From the NCBI GenBank assembly GCA_964016885.1, contig OZ024747.1, positions 17,174,001 to 17,238,000 of the forward strand: a stretch of 64,000 nucleotides of DNA, written 5' to 3'. The first letter of the stretch is position 1. The number at the start of each line of letters is the position of its first letter. The notes under the pieces were generated by a model. It did not search any database and was not told the DNA's origin. It saw nothing but the letters and a program-made list of their open reading frames with translations. This DNA is from Eledone cirrhosa. Taxonomy: Eukaryota. The position numbers and the translations under genes were made by a program. This document shows positions 1 to 13,859 of this stretch, one piece after another.

Positions 1-346
1 TGACAGACAGGGAGACATAGAGTCAGACTGACAGACAGGGAGACATAGAGTCAGACTGACAGACAGGGAGACATAGAGTCAGACTGACAAACAGGGAGAC
101 ATAGAGTCAGACTGATAGACAGGGAGACATAGAGTCAGACGGACAGACAGGGAGACATAGAGTCAGACTGACAGACAGGGAGGCATAGAGTCAGACTGAC
201 AGACAGGGAGACATAGAGTCAGACTGACAGACAGGGAGACATAGAGTCAGACTGACAGACTGGGAGACATAGAGTCAGACTGACAGACAGGGAGACATAG
301 AGTCAGACTGACAGACAGGGAGACATAGAGTCAGACTGACAGACAG
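1..346. repeat. 28-bp minisatellite (TGACAGACAGGGAGACATAGAGTCAGAC)n, about 12 copies, runs off the window start
   Basis: Unit restarts at 1, 29, 57 and so on; copies nearly identical. Confidence 0.97.
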
Positions 347-439
347 TGTGACAGGCAGGTAGAGAGGTAGACACTTTGAGTGAGATAGAATCAACAGGCT
401 AAATTAATGATGAAAGGTGAGCGGTGTTTTTAGGCAGAC

Positions 440-518
<79 letters not shown>

Positions 519-660
519 GATATATACATATATATATATACATACATATACATACACACATATATATATATATATATACATATATATACATACATATGTA
601 TACATATATATATATATACATACATATATATATAATATACATACATATATATATATATAA

Positions 661-701
<41 letters not shown>

Positions 702-732
702 CATATATATATATATATACATACATACATAT

Positions 733-763
<31 letters not shown>

Positions 764-776
764 CATACATATATAC

Positions 777-809
<33 letters not shown>

Positions 810-846
810 AGGAGAGAGAGAGAGACATAGAGGGAGAGAGAGATGG

Positions 847-892
<46 letters not shown>
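440..892. repeat. Compound (TA)n/(GA)n/(TACA)n microsatellite, representative of dozens of similar tracts in the window
   Basis: Directly visible; explains the YIYI, RERE and CVCV pseudo-ORFs. Confidence 0.97.
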
Positions 893-894
<2 letters not shown>

Positions 895-1282
895 GGGTGA
901 GAGCAAAAGAGAGAAAGCGGGGGAGCGATTGTGGTAAAACGGAAAGGAAAAGGATAACATTAAGATCGAAGAAAGTTATGAAAGAAAGAATGAGAGGAAT
1001 GGGAAAGGTTGGGAAAGAAAGGGGCAATATATTAGGGTTGAGATGGAGAGATATGATTGAGTGAGATGTATGATTTTTTCCCTTTGAAATGAAAGGAGTA
1101 TAGTTTCTTGAATTGAAAAATAAATTCAAAAAACAAACGAAATAAGGAGAAAGAAGTTAATAGAGATTGCAAACGTAACAGTGAAATATCAAATCAGATG
1201 AAATGTAGAGGAACTGATGAAAATCCCTTTCATATCACATCTCGCCGCCTCCTCTCTTCCTCTAAATCTATAATCGCCTACT

Positions 1283-1762
<480 letters not shown>

Positions 1763-1890
1763 TATATATATATATACGTGTGTGTGCATGTGTGTGTGTA
1801 TTTGTATGTATGTGTATGTGTTCAACTAGACTGACGGACAGTGTCAGACTGAGAAAATCGCACAGACGCCCTTTAGCACACGAATAACAA

Positions 1891-2155
1891 CACACACACA
1901 CATGCATACGTATAGTGATTCACAAACACACACATGCATACGTGTAGTGATTCACACACTCACACATACATACGTATAGTGATTCACACACTCACCCATG
2001 CATACATATAGTGAATCACACACAGATGCATACGTGTAGTGATTCACACACTCACACATACATACGTATAGTGATTCACACACTCACACATGCATACGTA
2101 TAGTGATACACACACACATGCATACGTATAGTGATTCACATACTCACACATGCGC
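1891..2155. repeat. Minisatellite of about 26-30 bp (CACACATGCATACGTATAGTGATTCACACACT), about 9 copies
   Basis: Repeated TAGTGATTCAC core. Confidence 0.92.
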
Positions 2156-2695
2156 ATACATAATAGATGACAGAATACAACACGAAAACACTTCATAAAT
2201 GTAACTCTGTAGTATTTCACTCCTCCGACTCACCCCCCTCTCTATTATACATACATCCATCCTCCTTCGTCTATCTCCAGTTCTCTTTCAATGAAATATA
2301 ATACTTCCTTATTTTAATAAAGACGATTCGGGATGTACGTGCTCGTGTGTGTATGTGTGTGTGCGTGCGTGCCTGTCTGTATGTAATGTGTGTGCGTGTG
2401 TGTGTGTCTGTATGTAGTGCGTGTGCATGTGTGTGTGAGTCTCTGTCTGGGTATGTGTGTGTGTGTGTTTTACCACTTTCGCTTTCACTTTCTCACATAA
2501 CTCGTTCCTTTCGTCACATTTCTGTTTTCACTTTTATTCCTATAGTTTTCTCTATGTTTACTCTTTTCTTCTCATATGTGGTATTCTTTCTATGTAATTT
2601 CTTCTTTGCTTACTAGTTTCATTATCGTTCACACGTGTTATATTTCTCCCATATTCCCGCTGTTTTATTTTCCCGCACACTTTCTCATTCACAAG

Positions 2696-3058
2696 CGTGG
2701 GCTAAGTATGGCTGAATGGTTAAGGTGTCCACTTCGGAATTAGTAGGTCTCAGGTTCAATCTCACACAGTGGCATCTTGGACAAGTGTCATTTACCAGTG
2801 CATCGAATCGACTTATGTCTCGTGAGTGAAATCGTGTAGACTGAAACTATGTATAAATCCGTCAACTGGAATGTATTTGTAATATCAAAAGGCCTGCCGT
2901 TACACAGTGCATAACGGTGAATCTCCCTGAGACTTACATTAAGTATCACGTCTCACGTATCCGTGTGATGCTCAGACACACACACACATTAATTTCACGA
3001 GCTGGCTGTTTCGTTGAACAAATAACTGGATGAGTCATCGTAGAATCCGACAGAGGTC
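2696..3058 (+). mobile_element. Diverged tRNA-derived SINE (family 3)
   Basis: A-box-like TGGCTGAATGG and B-box-like GGTTCAATC; 3' body (TTAATTTCACGAGCTGGCTG...AACTGGA) recurs near 8440, 13430 and, reversed, 23430. Confidence 0.65.
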
Positions 3059-3478
3059 CATTGCATTCTCACGTCATTTTTTTCCTTCTCTTATACATGC
3101 ATTTTATTTTTGTATTTCGTTCTCGTATATCTGATTCATTCATTTTCCTTTCCTTACTTACATTTCTTATTCCTTTATTTAACTATATTTTTGAATCTCA
3201 CGACTTTAAATTTTACAATTGTTCCTTAATTGTCTATATTCGCTTTCATCCAAACATTTTCATACACACGTGTGCTACTTTGTCTACTTCTATTTTATTT
3301 ACTGTTCCTTCTCATATGCTTCACTCCTTTATTCACGTCTAATTTTATTTTTATTCACATGTCATTTATTCATTATTCGCCTCTGTTTTTACATTCGTTC
3401 CTCACTTCTGTCAAATTCCTTCCTTTCTATTTCTATTTTCATTTATACACGTGTTAGTTCTCCATTCGGTGTTATACA

Positions 3479-4170
3479 CTCTCACGATCTCACGTCTATC
3501 ACTGCTCCATTGTCTCATATTTCCATTCACAATCTCACGTGTACCACTGATCCATTCTCTCATATTTCCACTTACGATCTCACGTGTGTCACTGCTCCAT
3601 TCTCTCATAATTCCACTCACGATCTCACGTGTGTCACTGCTCCATTCTCTCATATTTCCACTCGCGATCTCATGTGTGTCACTTCTCCATTCTCTCATAT
3701 TTCCACTCGCGATCTCACGTGTGTCACTGCTCCATTCTCTCATATTTCCACTCACGATCTCACGTGTGTCACTGCTCCATTCTCTCCTATTTCCACTCAC
3801 GATCTCACGTGTGTCACTGCTCTCCTATTTCCACTCACGATCTCACGTATATAACTGCTTCATTCTCTCATATTTCCACTCACGACCTCACGTCTATAAC
3901 TGCTTCATTCTCTCCTATTTCCACTCACGATCTCACGTCTATCACTGCTTCATTCTCTCCTATTTCCACTCAGGATCTCGCGTGTGTCATTGCTTCATTC
4001 TCTCATATTTCCACTCAGGATATCGCGTCTGTTATTGCTTCATTCTCTCATATTTCCACTCACGATCTCACGTGTGTCACTGATCCATTCACTCATATTT
4101 CCCCTCAGGATCTCGCGTGTGTCATTGCTTCATTCTCTCATATATCCGCTCACGATCTCACGTCTGTCAT
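3479..4170. repeat. 45-bp minisatellite (CTCACGATCTCACGTGTGTCACTGCTCCATTCTCTCATATTTCCA)n, about 15 copies
   Basis: 15-aa periodicity in overlapping ORFs (THDLTCVTAPFSHIS). Confidence 0.95.
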
Positions 4171-5785
4171 TTCTTTGTTATTAATAGTTATATTCACACG
4201 TGTCTCTCCTTCATTCACTCATTCAATTCTACTTTCTTCCTCCACTAATATTTACACTTTTGATCTGACGTGTGTAGTTTCTTCATTCACGTTTTGTCGT
4301 TCGTTCTCACGTATATCATTTCTTCATTCAGTTATATTTTCTCCTATTTCACATGTATCATTTCGTCATCCATTCATTTGTTCGTTTCTACTTTCACTTT
4401 CATTTACGGATCATTTCTTTTTTATTCGGTTTTTCTTCTCACTGATCTCATTTCTTCATTCTTATTGTTTGTACATTCGTTCTTAGATATTTCATTTCTT
4501 TATTTTCGTGTTGCTTTTTAACTCATGTGTCATTTATTCTCCTTTATTTTTGCTATCGCTTCTAAACAACTCATTCTTTCCTTTCTTTTTCTTTCCACTT
4601 TCTTTCTCACATATACCATTTCTTCGCTCACCTTCATTGTCACATTGCTTATCTCTTCTTTTATTCTGATATTTTCTTCCCGTCCACAGATGTTTTACTT
4701 CCTCCGCATTTCTACATTTCCTTCCTCGTTCTATATCATATAATTTAATTCTTTTATCTTTACTTGTACACTTTCTATATATTTGTAACTTATTTCTATT
4801 TTGATATATATATATATTCTTTCCCACATCTGTCATTTCTTCCTTTCATTTCTACAATTATATTCCTTCTTTTATAATATCATTTGTATTTTTATTATCA
4901 TTCCTACAGATTTTATTTCTTCTGTCACTTTGTATATTAATGTATACCTCACATATCACAGTTCTTCTTTCGCTTGTCCCATGAACAAAATTATTCCAAC
5001 CATGACCATTCCATCTTTCATAGATATATCTAGCATAACACCAACCTATTATTTACTTATTCCAATATTTCTTTACAATATTTCTAATGAAATGTACTCG
5101 ACATATGATGTTTATATAATTTTGAAAATAAGCATGATTTTCGAAAAATTTCGTGAAATAACTTAAATTTCTCACTATTAACATATCGTTTGGAACATGA
5201 ATTAAAGCTTCTTACATGAAAGTATTACGGTTGATTTTTAGTTAAATATGTACACTTTAACATGAACAAATCTATATCATAGAACCAGGGGTGGTTTCAG
5301 ACGGTTTGATATCAAAAGTGTTAAGTAGTAACGTGTTAGTTGAATGATGTGTTGCATCTATTTCTAGCAATTATATCGACCAGGTTAATGCTTCTTTCAT
5401 TGGCGGCTTGTTAGACCGCACATTCGTTTATACTTTTTACATTCGTTCCCACATATATAATTTCTTCGTTCACTCATGGTTTTTCTTCAGTTCCCGTCTA
5501 TGGTATTCCTCCATTTACGTGTGTTTTTTACGTTTATTCTCACATATGTCATTTTTTCTTGCGCTTTTGCTTCCACGTTTGTTCTTATATAACATTTTGT
5601 TTTCCTATCAGATTTTATTTTCACTGACATTCTCGCAAATGCCTTGCTTGTACGTACCAATCTATTTCCACCTGCCAGATATTCACTTTACAAAGAACAT
5701 CACTCCCTTTCCTCTTATAACAACACATCTGTTTGACGTAACTTACAGTGTCGTTCCACGTCCGTCTTATATAATATGCTCCACA

Positions 5786-5837
<52 letters not shown>

Positions 5838-6270
5838 CACAAATCTAAAATAATATGAATAGAGGAACAGGACCTACATGAACAGCTATATACATATACA
5901 TATATATATATATGTGTGTGTGTATGTGTGTGCGTTTATGTGTGTAGAAAGTATAAGTGGAAAGAGCACGGAAGTATATTTAAAGCAATTTTTTTTCTTT
6001 AAAGTTTATTTTTAAAGGGTGTTTTATAAAATATGACCGGTTTCGATCTTATCAAATATTAAATCAAAAAAGTTAAAAATTAAAAGTTGAAAAATCGGAA
6101 ATTATAAAATGTATCTTTATTTCTGTGTAATGAGAATATCTGGTTTATCTAGAAGAATTATTCTTTATATATATACTGTTATTTGCGTGGCTGCGATAGT
6201 GGGATTTCAACAGTTGGTCAAAACTCAAGAAACCTCATAAAAAGGAATTCAATTGTGTGTGTGTGTGTTT

Positions 6271-6383
<113 letters not shown>

Positions 6384-6662
6384 TATTGTGTCAAATTAAG
6401 GAATAGTGGCATATAGTGTGAAAGGAAGACAGAAAATAAGAATTTGTCAAAGATCTATTTCCGGAGAATTGGTTGTTTTTGAAAAAGATATAATTGTTGT
6501 TTTGTTTCATGGTGTGCATGTGTATGCGTGTGTGTGTGAGGGTGAGTGAATGAGTGTGTTTGTGGGAGAGAGAGTGTGTGAGTGTATATTTGTGAGCGCC
6601 TCGTCCGTTTTACAGTAAGAGGCGAGACTGTGGTATTTTTGTGTGACAAATAAAAACAGCCA

Positions 6663-8110
6663 AAGATCTTCCTGATACACCAGATTCTTCATTTTACCGT
6701 TTGTTCATAGTATATGAAGATTTCTGGGCGTTCCCTCTCGCGAACAACCTAGATATAACTGTCCATGTGTAAAAACCAATTAACACATATTCAGTCCTAC
6801 AACTCGGAATCTCTGACCGTGGTCTTTATTTGTGGTCATAGCAAAACGGTCTACCAGGGATCTGAACTCTTGAGAATTTGAACTTCAGCTCGGTAGAGAA
6901 AGGAATGAGAGGAATCTTGGGAATAAATGTATTTTCTCCTTGATGACTGCCTCCAAGAATACTGACTTCTAGGAGATGGTTCATCCTCCTGACTGTAAAA
7001 TGTGTCTCATTGCTGACAGGTGTGTATATGTGTGTGTGGCTGTATGCAGTCAATATATGTCTCATACACTTGGCAGTGTTAAAAATGCACTCTTGCACTC
7101 TGGCTTTAGTTGTAAGTTGAACGAATATAACCATAATATAATAATTCTACCCACGAACATGCCGTTCCTTTAATAAGTACTACAATATAACATTTATTAA
7201 AGATTTACAGTGTCATTTGATATATATTTGGCTTCTATTTCTCGTAGACACATTGACCTGTTTAAGACATCAAAATGCATGGCGTTCGCCGTATTTGTTT
7301 CTTTTCTAGGAACAAGGATATATAATTTTGATGAAGAGAGCAGCCGATTATATAAACCCTGGTACTTATTTTTCAATGTTGGAAGTTGTTAAAGCATGTT
7401 TGACCCCGGTTGTCCATGGGATCAGCAAAAATATGCTTAAGCAAACAATATATCTCATTGTGTGCATCAGTCTAATGACTCAACCATCCGTTGCCTTTAT
7501 TCAACTATACTCAATGCCAGCATGACATTTAATAATGTCATACAGATTCTTTGAATCTTTATGGAATATGAAGTGAAAGGAAAACGAGACGACAATGCAA
7601 ACAGGATTGTAAATATTAAGGTTTCAACTTGAACAAAAGCAGCATGGAGGTATAACGGTACTCTCCCAATTCTCTAACATGACTGTTGAGAAGGGATACT
7701 GTACTCCGAAATATATTAACAATAATAAATATTACCATTGTAAGGACAAGCTCTTATTTCTCGTTTATACTCTTCTTTTTTCAGTTCATACAAACATCAC
7801 GTATATGACTTTGATACCTCAATATTTATAACCCTGTGTAAACATAATTCTACATAATATTACAAATTTGAAACCTGTGTATGATGAAGTGGCAAATTTG
7901 TTACAGGTTTTGGCAAAATGACCTGCGGTGTTTCCTTTGTTTCTGTGCGCTCCTACAATTTCATCAAGTTTGATTTTGCCTTTCAGCTTTCCACAGCAAT
8001 GGTTGAATGGACTTGTTAAATTATTAGACGTAATGCCAGCCTTTTGGGTTTTTAATTCAAATTTCTCAGTTGTCATTGATGAGGCAAACGTAAACCGCTC
8101 GCTTAACACT
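6663..8110 (-). pseudogene. Decayed, internally deleted Helitron RepHel remnant
   Basis: Minus strand reads ILGGSHQGENTFIPKIPLIP...FKFSRVQ, then after a frameshift FAMTTNKDHGQRFRVVGL...VFTHGQLYLGCSR...KNLVYQE, matching PIF1-like helicase C-terminal motifs (FAMTINKSQGQ, FSHGQLYVAxSR). Upstream are an IGRV...LALSIVE linker and a CCGKLKGKIKL N-terminal motif. Many stops. Confidence 0.85.
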
Positions 8111-8329
8111 ATGACCTAACATTTTAGCGGAATACACATAAGCATCAGGATTAAGGATGTATTCCGCCCTCCCTCAGATTAAAAAGTCCCTTCCTTCTCT
8201 GGCTAAATAGTAAAACTTGTGGACACAGTATATCCAAATATTTAATACGTTCGATTTGCAACATTAGGTTCGTGGGTCAACTCATGATTTGTGAGCGAAA
8301 TTACGTAGAAAACCTGTTTCAAAACCATC

Positions 8330-8510
8330 GCATGGAATGTACCAGTAATTCAAAAGATCAGCCGTCACACAGTTTGTCAAGATGAACGTTGCTTAGAATT
8401 ACGTTGAACGTACATATGTCTATGAAAAGCTAAGTCAGTTAATTTCATGAACAGGCAATTCCGCTGATCAAACAACTGGAACACTCGTTGTCGGAACCAA
8501 TGAAGGTGAG
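8330..8510 (+). mobile_element. SINE family 3 fragment
   Basis: Similar to 2870-3058 and 13330-13500. Confidence 0.55.
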
Positions 8511-8716
8511 TTACATTCCAATATCAGAGCAGATCAGATGTCTGCCCGTTAAACAAACGGATAGTCATGGAAATACATATATAGAAGGCAAATGTTATAC
8601 GTATATATTAAAGTATCCACATTTCATTTTGATCTTTTTACTCACATGTCTTTTGATCGAGCTGAAAGTTCCGAATTACGCACAAATAAATACCTACATT
8701 TAAGCGTACAGATACA

Positions 8717-8798
<82 letters not shown>

Positions 8799-9014
8799 TA
8801 TATATATAAGGAAAGAAGATGAAATCGAAAATGCAACTGGAGTCTTTTTAAAAAATATTTATTTGATTCCTTTTGGAAATATTTATTTGGGTCCTTTTAT
8901 ATATATATATATATATATATACGCACACACACACATATATATATATATACATACACACACACATATATATATATATATAAATATATATACATATATGTAT
9001 GCATATATACACGC

Positions 9015-9064
<50 letters not shown>

Positions 9065-9215
9065 TAAACGGAAAAGAAAATGCTGACAAATTGTTCCCAG
9101 TGAAAAATAGTTTAATCAGGAATAAGTAAAAATTAGTAATAGTATTGGTTAGTATTCAGTTTTGGTTTTAAGTTTTGGTTTTAAGTTTAATGGTTTTCAA
9201 AAATAATCTGTTTTC

Positions 9216-9275
<60 letters not shown>

Positions 9276-9935
9276 ATGTGTGTGTGTGTGTGTGTATATA
9301 TATGCATATATTTCTATCTATTTCTATACAACTATCTACCTATCTTTACCTCTCTTTAACTTTCTTAGCGTCCCTCCTTCTTTCTATCAATCTCCCTTAC
9401 ACTCATGTATGCACACATTCTAACACACATACACATCCATATACAATATCATACACATACGCACATCTTCATAATCACACCCTCACGGAGACCAGCAAAA
9501 TACATATTTACACCCGCCACACACTATTCTCTCTTTTACAACACCCATACACACGCGCGCGTAAAATCAGATGTTGACATTCAGAAATAGATATACAGGC
9601 AAACAGAGCACGAGAACACCAAATATGATTGTGTCAGTGTTGGGAGTGAGTGTATATCTTCACGTGTTGTCTCTCGTTGTGACGTGGCATCAGAAAATGC
9701 AGTGGTGATGATAGAAGCACTACTGCTTTGCTGGAATGGAATAACTCATGAATCACTATAGAATAATATAATTGATTGCATATATATATATATATATATA
9801 TATATTATTAGAAAGTGAGGTTTTTTTTACAAAATGAAAAATAACCGTGGTGTCCTACACGAGTGAAAGTATAAGGAAAAAAGATGAAATCTAAAATACA
9901 ACTGGAGTTTATATATATATATATACATATATATA

Positions 9936-10182
9936 TTTTGATCATGCTTTATTTTTATTTATTATTTATTATATTTTTGTCTTTATTTGTTAATTTTTCA
10001 TTCGCACCGTTTCCCCTCGCTATATGTCTCTCCACCACTCCCCTACACACCTTTTGAACTCTCACCTGAAGAAGGGCTTATGCCCGAAACGTCGTCCCCC
10101 ACCTACCCCCCACTCTCCTGAGCGTGAATTTAATAAACATTTATCGTACTGCCTCTCTGTTCTGTCCCTGTTCAATTTTTCA

Positions 10183-10228
<46 letters not shown>

Positions 10229-10470
10229 TTTATTATGCTTTTATATTTAATTTCATTTGTACCGTTTCCTCTCACCCCCTTTTTTCTATATGTCTCTCCA
10301 CCACTCCCCTACACACCCTTTGAACTCTCTTCCCACACACCTTTCACCTGAAGAAGAGGGATTATGCCCTTAACTTCGTTCCCCACCACCACCCCACTCT
10401 CACGAGCGTGAAACTAATGAACCTTTGTTCGTACTGCCGCTCTGTTTTGTTCCCGTTCAATTTTTTACTA
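9936..10470 (+). repeat. Tandem dimer of a unit of about 282 bp separated by (TA)n, each copy with a hammerhead-like core
   Basis: TATGTCTCTCCACCACTCCCCTACACACC duplicated; CTGAAGA-A-GGGC-TTAT-GCCC-GAAAC-GTC at 10066-10093; decayed copy from 10348. Confidence 0.75.
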
Positions 10471-10554
10471 TATATATATATATATATAACGAAAGAGTGA
10501 AGAATAACATGGATTACCTAAAACGATAACTTGTTATCCCATATATATATATAT

Positions 10555-10756
10555 AACGAAGGAGATGTGGTAAGGATCCAGATGGACCATAACGCACCAG
10601 AGTACTCAATACTTAGGGTACTAGAGTGGGTAATAGGGAAAAGTATAACCCCGACGGCAGAGCTCAAACCGTTTCGACGGCTATTTCTGGACTAAATTAG
10701 AATTTTGTTATTATTATATATATAATAGTCCAGAAATAGCCGTCGAAACGGTTTGG
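10555..10756 (-). mobile_element. Family-B PLE-terminus-like element; inverted arm interrupted by a SINE
   Basis: Homologous to the 14509, 33761, 42446 and 62310 copies; internal inverted repeat CCGTTTCGACGGCTATTTCTGGACTA / TAGTCCAGAAATAGCCGTCGAAACGG. Confidence 0.75.
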
Positions 10757-10940
10757 GGTGGCAGTATCGGTAGAGGGTCGGACGCCATGCTTTGAAGCAT
10801 AGAGTTACGTCCCTTTACGATCTGAGTTCAAATCCCGCTGGGGTTGACTTTGCCTTTCATCCTTGCGGGGTCGATGAAATACAGTACCAGTAATGCACTG
10901 GGTATTTGCTGGCCTTGTGCCCAAAGTAGAAACAATTATA
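10757..10940 (+). mobile_element. tRNA-derived SINE family 1
   Basis: A-box TGGCAGTATCGG, B-box GAGTTCAAATCCC, tail GCTGGCCTTGTGCC...GAAACAATTAT; more than 15 copies in the window. Confidence 0.88.
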
Positions 10941-10960
10941 TATATATATATATATATAAA

Positions 10961-10991
<31 letters not shown>

Positions 10992-11047
10992 ATATATATG
11001 TATATATGTATATATATATATTTATATGTGTGTGTGTATATATGTAA

Positions 11048-11078
<31 letters not shown>

Positions 11079-11185
11079 TACACACACACATATATATATA
11101 TACTTATATACACACACATATATATACATATATACATATATATAAACACACATACACACACACAGACACAAACACATATATATAT

Positions 11186-11410
11186 ATATCACAGAAAAAA
11201 AAGAGAATCAGTGTTGCGACGAATGGAATTTATTGGACATATTACAATCGTTTCTCTGGCGACCAGCTCGAAGCTCGATCGATATGATGATCGAACTTGA
11301 CTCTGAAAATCGCAAGGTCCTCAGATACGTCTTGATTCTCTTTTTTTTCCTGTGATATCATATTCTGCTCGATGAGTATACGGACGCTTTAAGCATCCAA
11401 CACGAATTAC
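11186..11410 (+). mobile_element. PLE-terminus-like element (family C): inverted arm plus 52-nt tail, inside (TA)n
   Basis: ATATCACAGAAAAAAAAGAGAATCA / TGATTCTC(T)nCCTGTGATAT inverted ends; HHR in the inverted arm. Confidence 0.7.
11236..11331 (-). ncRNA. Type I hammerhead ribozyme with extended helix II
   Basis: Minus strand: GACGUAU CUGAGGA C[CUUGCGA...UCGCCAG]A GAAAC GAUU GUA/ AUAUGUC; 7-bp helix I. Confidence 0.65.
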
Positions 11411-11434
11411 ATATATATATATATATATATATAT

Positions 11435-12014
11435 ATTGTTATGCTTTGGGAGGGTCATGTTGCCAATAAGAAACACACGCACCAGCTGCTTTCACTTTAA
11501 TTTATTATAAATTAAATTCATAAAATTAGGAATTTATAAATTTCCAGTTGGTTGGTTGGTTCGACAACCAGACTATTGTTCATATATTGTCAAAGTTCTT
11601 TCGTCACACATTATGTGACCTCTTCAGTGACTGGGGATTCTTTTCTTTGTTTTTTTTGTGTCTCTCCTTTGTCCTGTCCTACGCCAAGATGGTGTAGGAC
11701 AGAACAAAGGAGAGGCACAAAAAAATATAAAAACAAAAACGAAGAAAAGAATCCCCAGTCACTGAAGAGGTCACACAATGTGTGAGGGAAGAACTTTGAC
11801 AATATATGAACAATCGTCTGGTTGCGGAACCAACCAACCCACCAACCGGAAATTTATAAATTCCTATATTTATGAATTTAATTTATAATAAATTGAAGTG
11901 AAAGCAACCGGTGCGCGTGTTTCTTATTGGCAACATGACCCTCCCAAAGCATAACAATATCGGTTTCAACACACGTTTTCAGATAGAGAATCTTGCTAAA
12001 CAAATTCAGAAACG
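11435..12014 (+). mobile_element. Solo 5'-truncated copy of the PLE pLTR in inverted-pair arrangement
   Basis: 11686-12014 matches 27173-27480; 11435-11685 is its reverse complement lacking the last ~54 nt; flanked by (TA)n on both sides. Confidence 0.92.
11589..11631 (-). ncRNA. Minimal type I hammerhead ribozyme of the PLE pLTR
   Basis: Minus strand: GUCA CUGAAGA G GUCACAU-AAU-GUGUGAC GAAAG AA CUU/ UGAC. Confidence 0.7.
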
Positions 12015-12146
<132 letters not shown>

Positions 12147-12177
12147 GTGTGTGTGTGTTTATAATATATACATGTTG

Positions 12178-12395
12178 TAAGAGTTTTGGACTTACGATCA
12201 TAATGTCGTGGGTTCGATTCCTGGGTTGCGTGTTGTGTTCTTGAGCAAAACACTTCATTTCACGTTACTCCAGTATAGTCAGCTGAAAATAAGTAGCAGC
12301 AATAGCTGGAGGTTTAACCCTACGATGGACTGGCGTCCTGTCCAGGGGGTAGTCTTCTACTCCCAGATAGCAAGAAGTGTCATCGAACCACTGAT
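12178..12395 (+). mobile_element. tRNA-derived SINE family 2 with a conserved central domain
   Basis: B-box GGTTCGATTCC, GTGTTCTTGAGCAAAACACTT motif and CCTACGATGGACTGGCGTCCTGTCCAGGGG (V/Meta-SINE-like). Confidence 0.7.
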
Positions 12396-12964
12396 CTAAT
12401 AATTACTAATAGAACTTCTTAAAAATGCAATACATGCTACGCCAAAGAAAAAGAAAGATGGGGAAACAGAGATACAGTGCAGGAGAAGATAAAAATAGAG
12501 AACCAGAAGCTTGCGATGAGGGGGTGAAGGAAGGGAAAAAAGAACGACTTGTAAAATAAATAGAAGCAAAAAGCTATATATATATAAACAAATATGTGTG
12601 TATATTTGTGTGAGTTTGTTCAGATTGTGTTTGCGTCAGAATGTGTATGTGCCTGTGTATATTCGTATGTGTGGGTGTGAAGGGGGGGATTGTATGTGTG
12701 TGTATTTGTGTGTGTGTTTGTATGTGTGCGTATGTATGTTTGTATGTGTGTGTGCGTATTCGTGAAAGTACGTTGTTTAGCGGTTTGAATTCTCAACTGA
12801 CGGTCGTAAAAGTTGTGGGTTCCATGCATCTGTGGGGCGGCCAGCACGTGGGACTCCATTTGCTCACCATATAGAGAGATGGGGAGGGCGAGAGAGATGG
12901 AGTCGGTGACAGTGGAAGTTCGGCTCCTCCACGTTCGGACTATATCCTTGTGGTTGTGTTCATG

Positions 12965-13153
12965 GTGGATTGGCAGCATCGGTAGAGGGTCGGACGCTCT
13001 GCTTTGACGTATAGAGTTACGGCCCTTGCCATTCTGAGTTCAAATCCCGCCGAGGTTAACTTTACTTTTCATCCTTACGGGGTCGATAAAATAAAGTACC
13101 AGTAATGCTCTGGGTAATTTGCTGGCCTTGTGCCAAACGTAGAAACAATTATT
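12965..13153 (+). mobile_element. SINE family 1
   Basis: Full-length match to the other copies. Confidence 0.88.
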
Positions 13154-13289
13154 CAAAGTTAACTAAACCATAGTGAACATGAACCATTAACCATTAACTA
13201 TTACCAAGTCAACTACACAACACCACATTACACTACACAACACCACACTATACTATACAAGATCACACAACACCAGTTTGTGCGTGTTA

Positions 13290-13500
13290 ATCTTGAGCTC
13301 TAGTCCACTCAGCTGCCACACAATGAGATGTACCACTAATTCATGTGGCCAGCCTTGTTAGATATGGTCCTACGTTTAATCTCCTTGACAACTATGTGTC
13401 TGTGAAATGCTTAACCGCTTACACGTTAATTTCATAAGCAGGCACTTCCTTTGATTGAATAAACTGGAACAGTCTTCGTCGTCAGGGAGGACGGAGATGA
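13290..13500 (+). mobile_element. SINE family 3 fragment
   Basis: CACGTTAATTTCATAAGCAGGC...AACTGGAAC...CGTCGTC. Confidence 0.55.
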
Positions 13501-13523
13501 AACAGGATAATTCACACATACAT

Positions 13524-13555
<32 letters not shown>

Positions 13556-13733
13556 CTATATATATAACTATCTCTCACTCTCTCTCTCTCTCTATATATA
13601 TAAATATGTATATATATATATATATATATACACACACTCATGTATATAGACACACACACACATCCATATATATATATATACATAAATACACACACACACA
13701 CATATAAATATATATATATACACACATATATAA

Positions 13734-13806
<73 letters not shown>

Positions 13807-13821
13807 TAATTATACACATAC

Positions 13822-13859
<38 letters not shown>

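Noticed and set aside
1-346. Regular 28-bp repeats resembling a CRISPR array
   Set aside because: Head-to-tail with no unique spacers, no cas genes, eukaryotic context.
6030-6050. GAAACCGGTC on the minus strand (similar half-motifs near 34250 and 51432)
   Set aside because: Only the 3' half of a hammerhead with no intact CTGANGA partner; possibly truncated termini but unsupported.
7400-7680. Hydrophobic minus-strand peptide (LALSIVE...RYIVCLSIFLLIPW) resembling GPCR TM3-TM4
   Set aside because: Cys-to-DRY spacing is wrong; it fits the Helitron linker and is collinear with clear helicase motifs.
10757-10940. A-box and B-box suggesting tRNA genes
   Set aside because: No cloverleaf; multicopy with a shared tail and TSDs, so these are SINEs.
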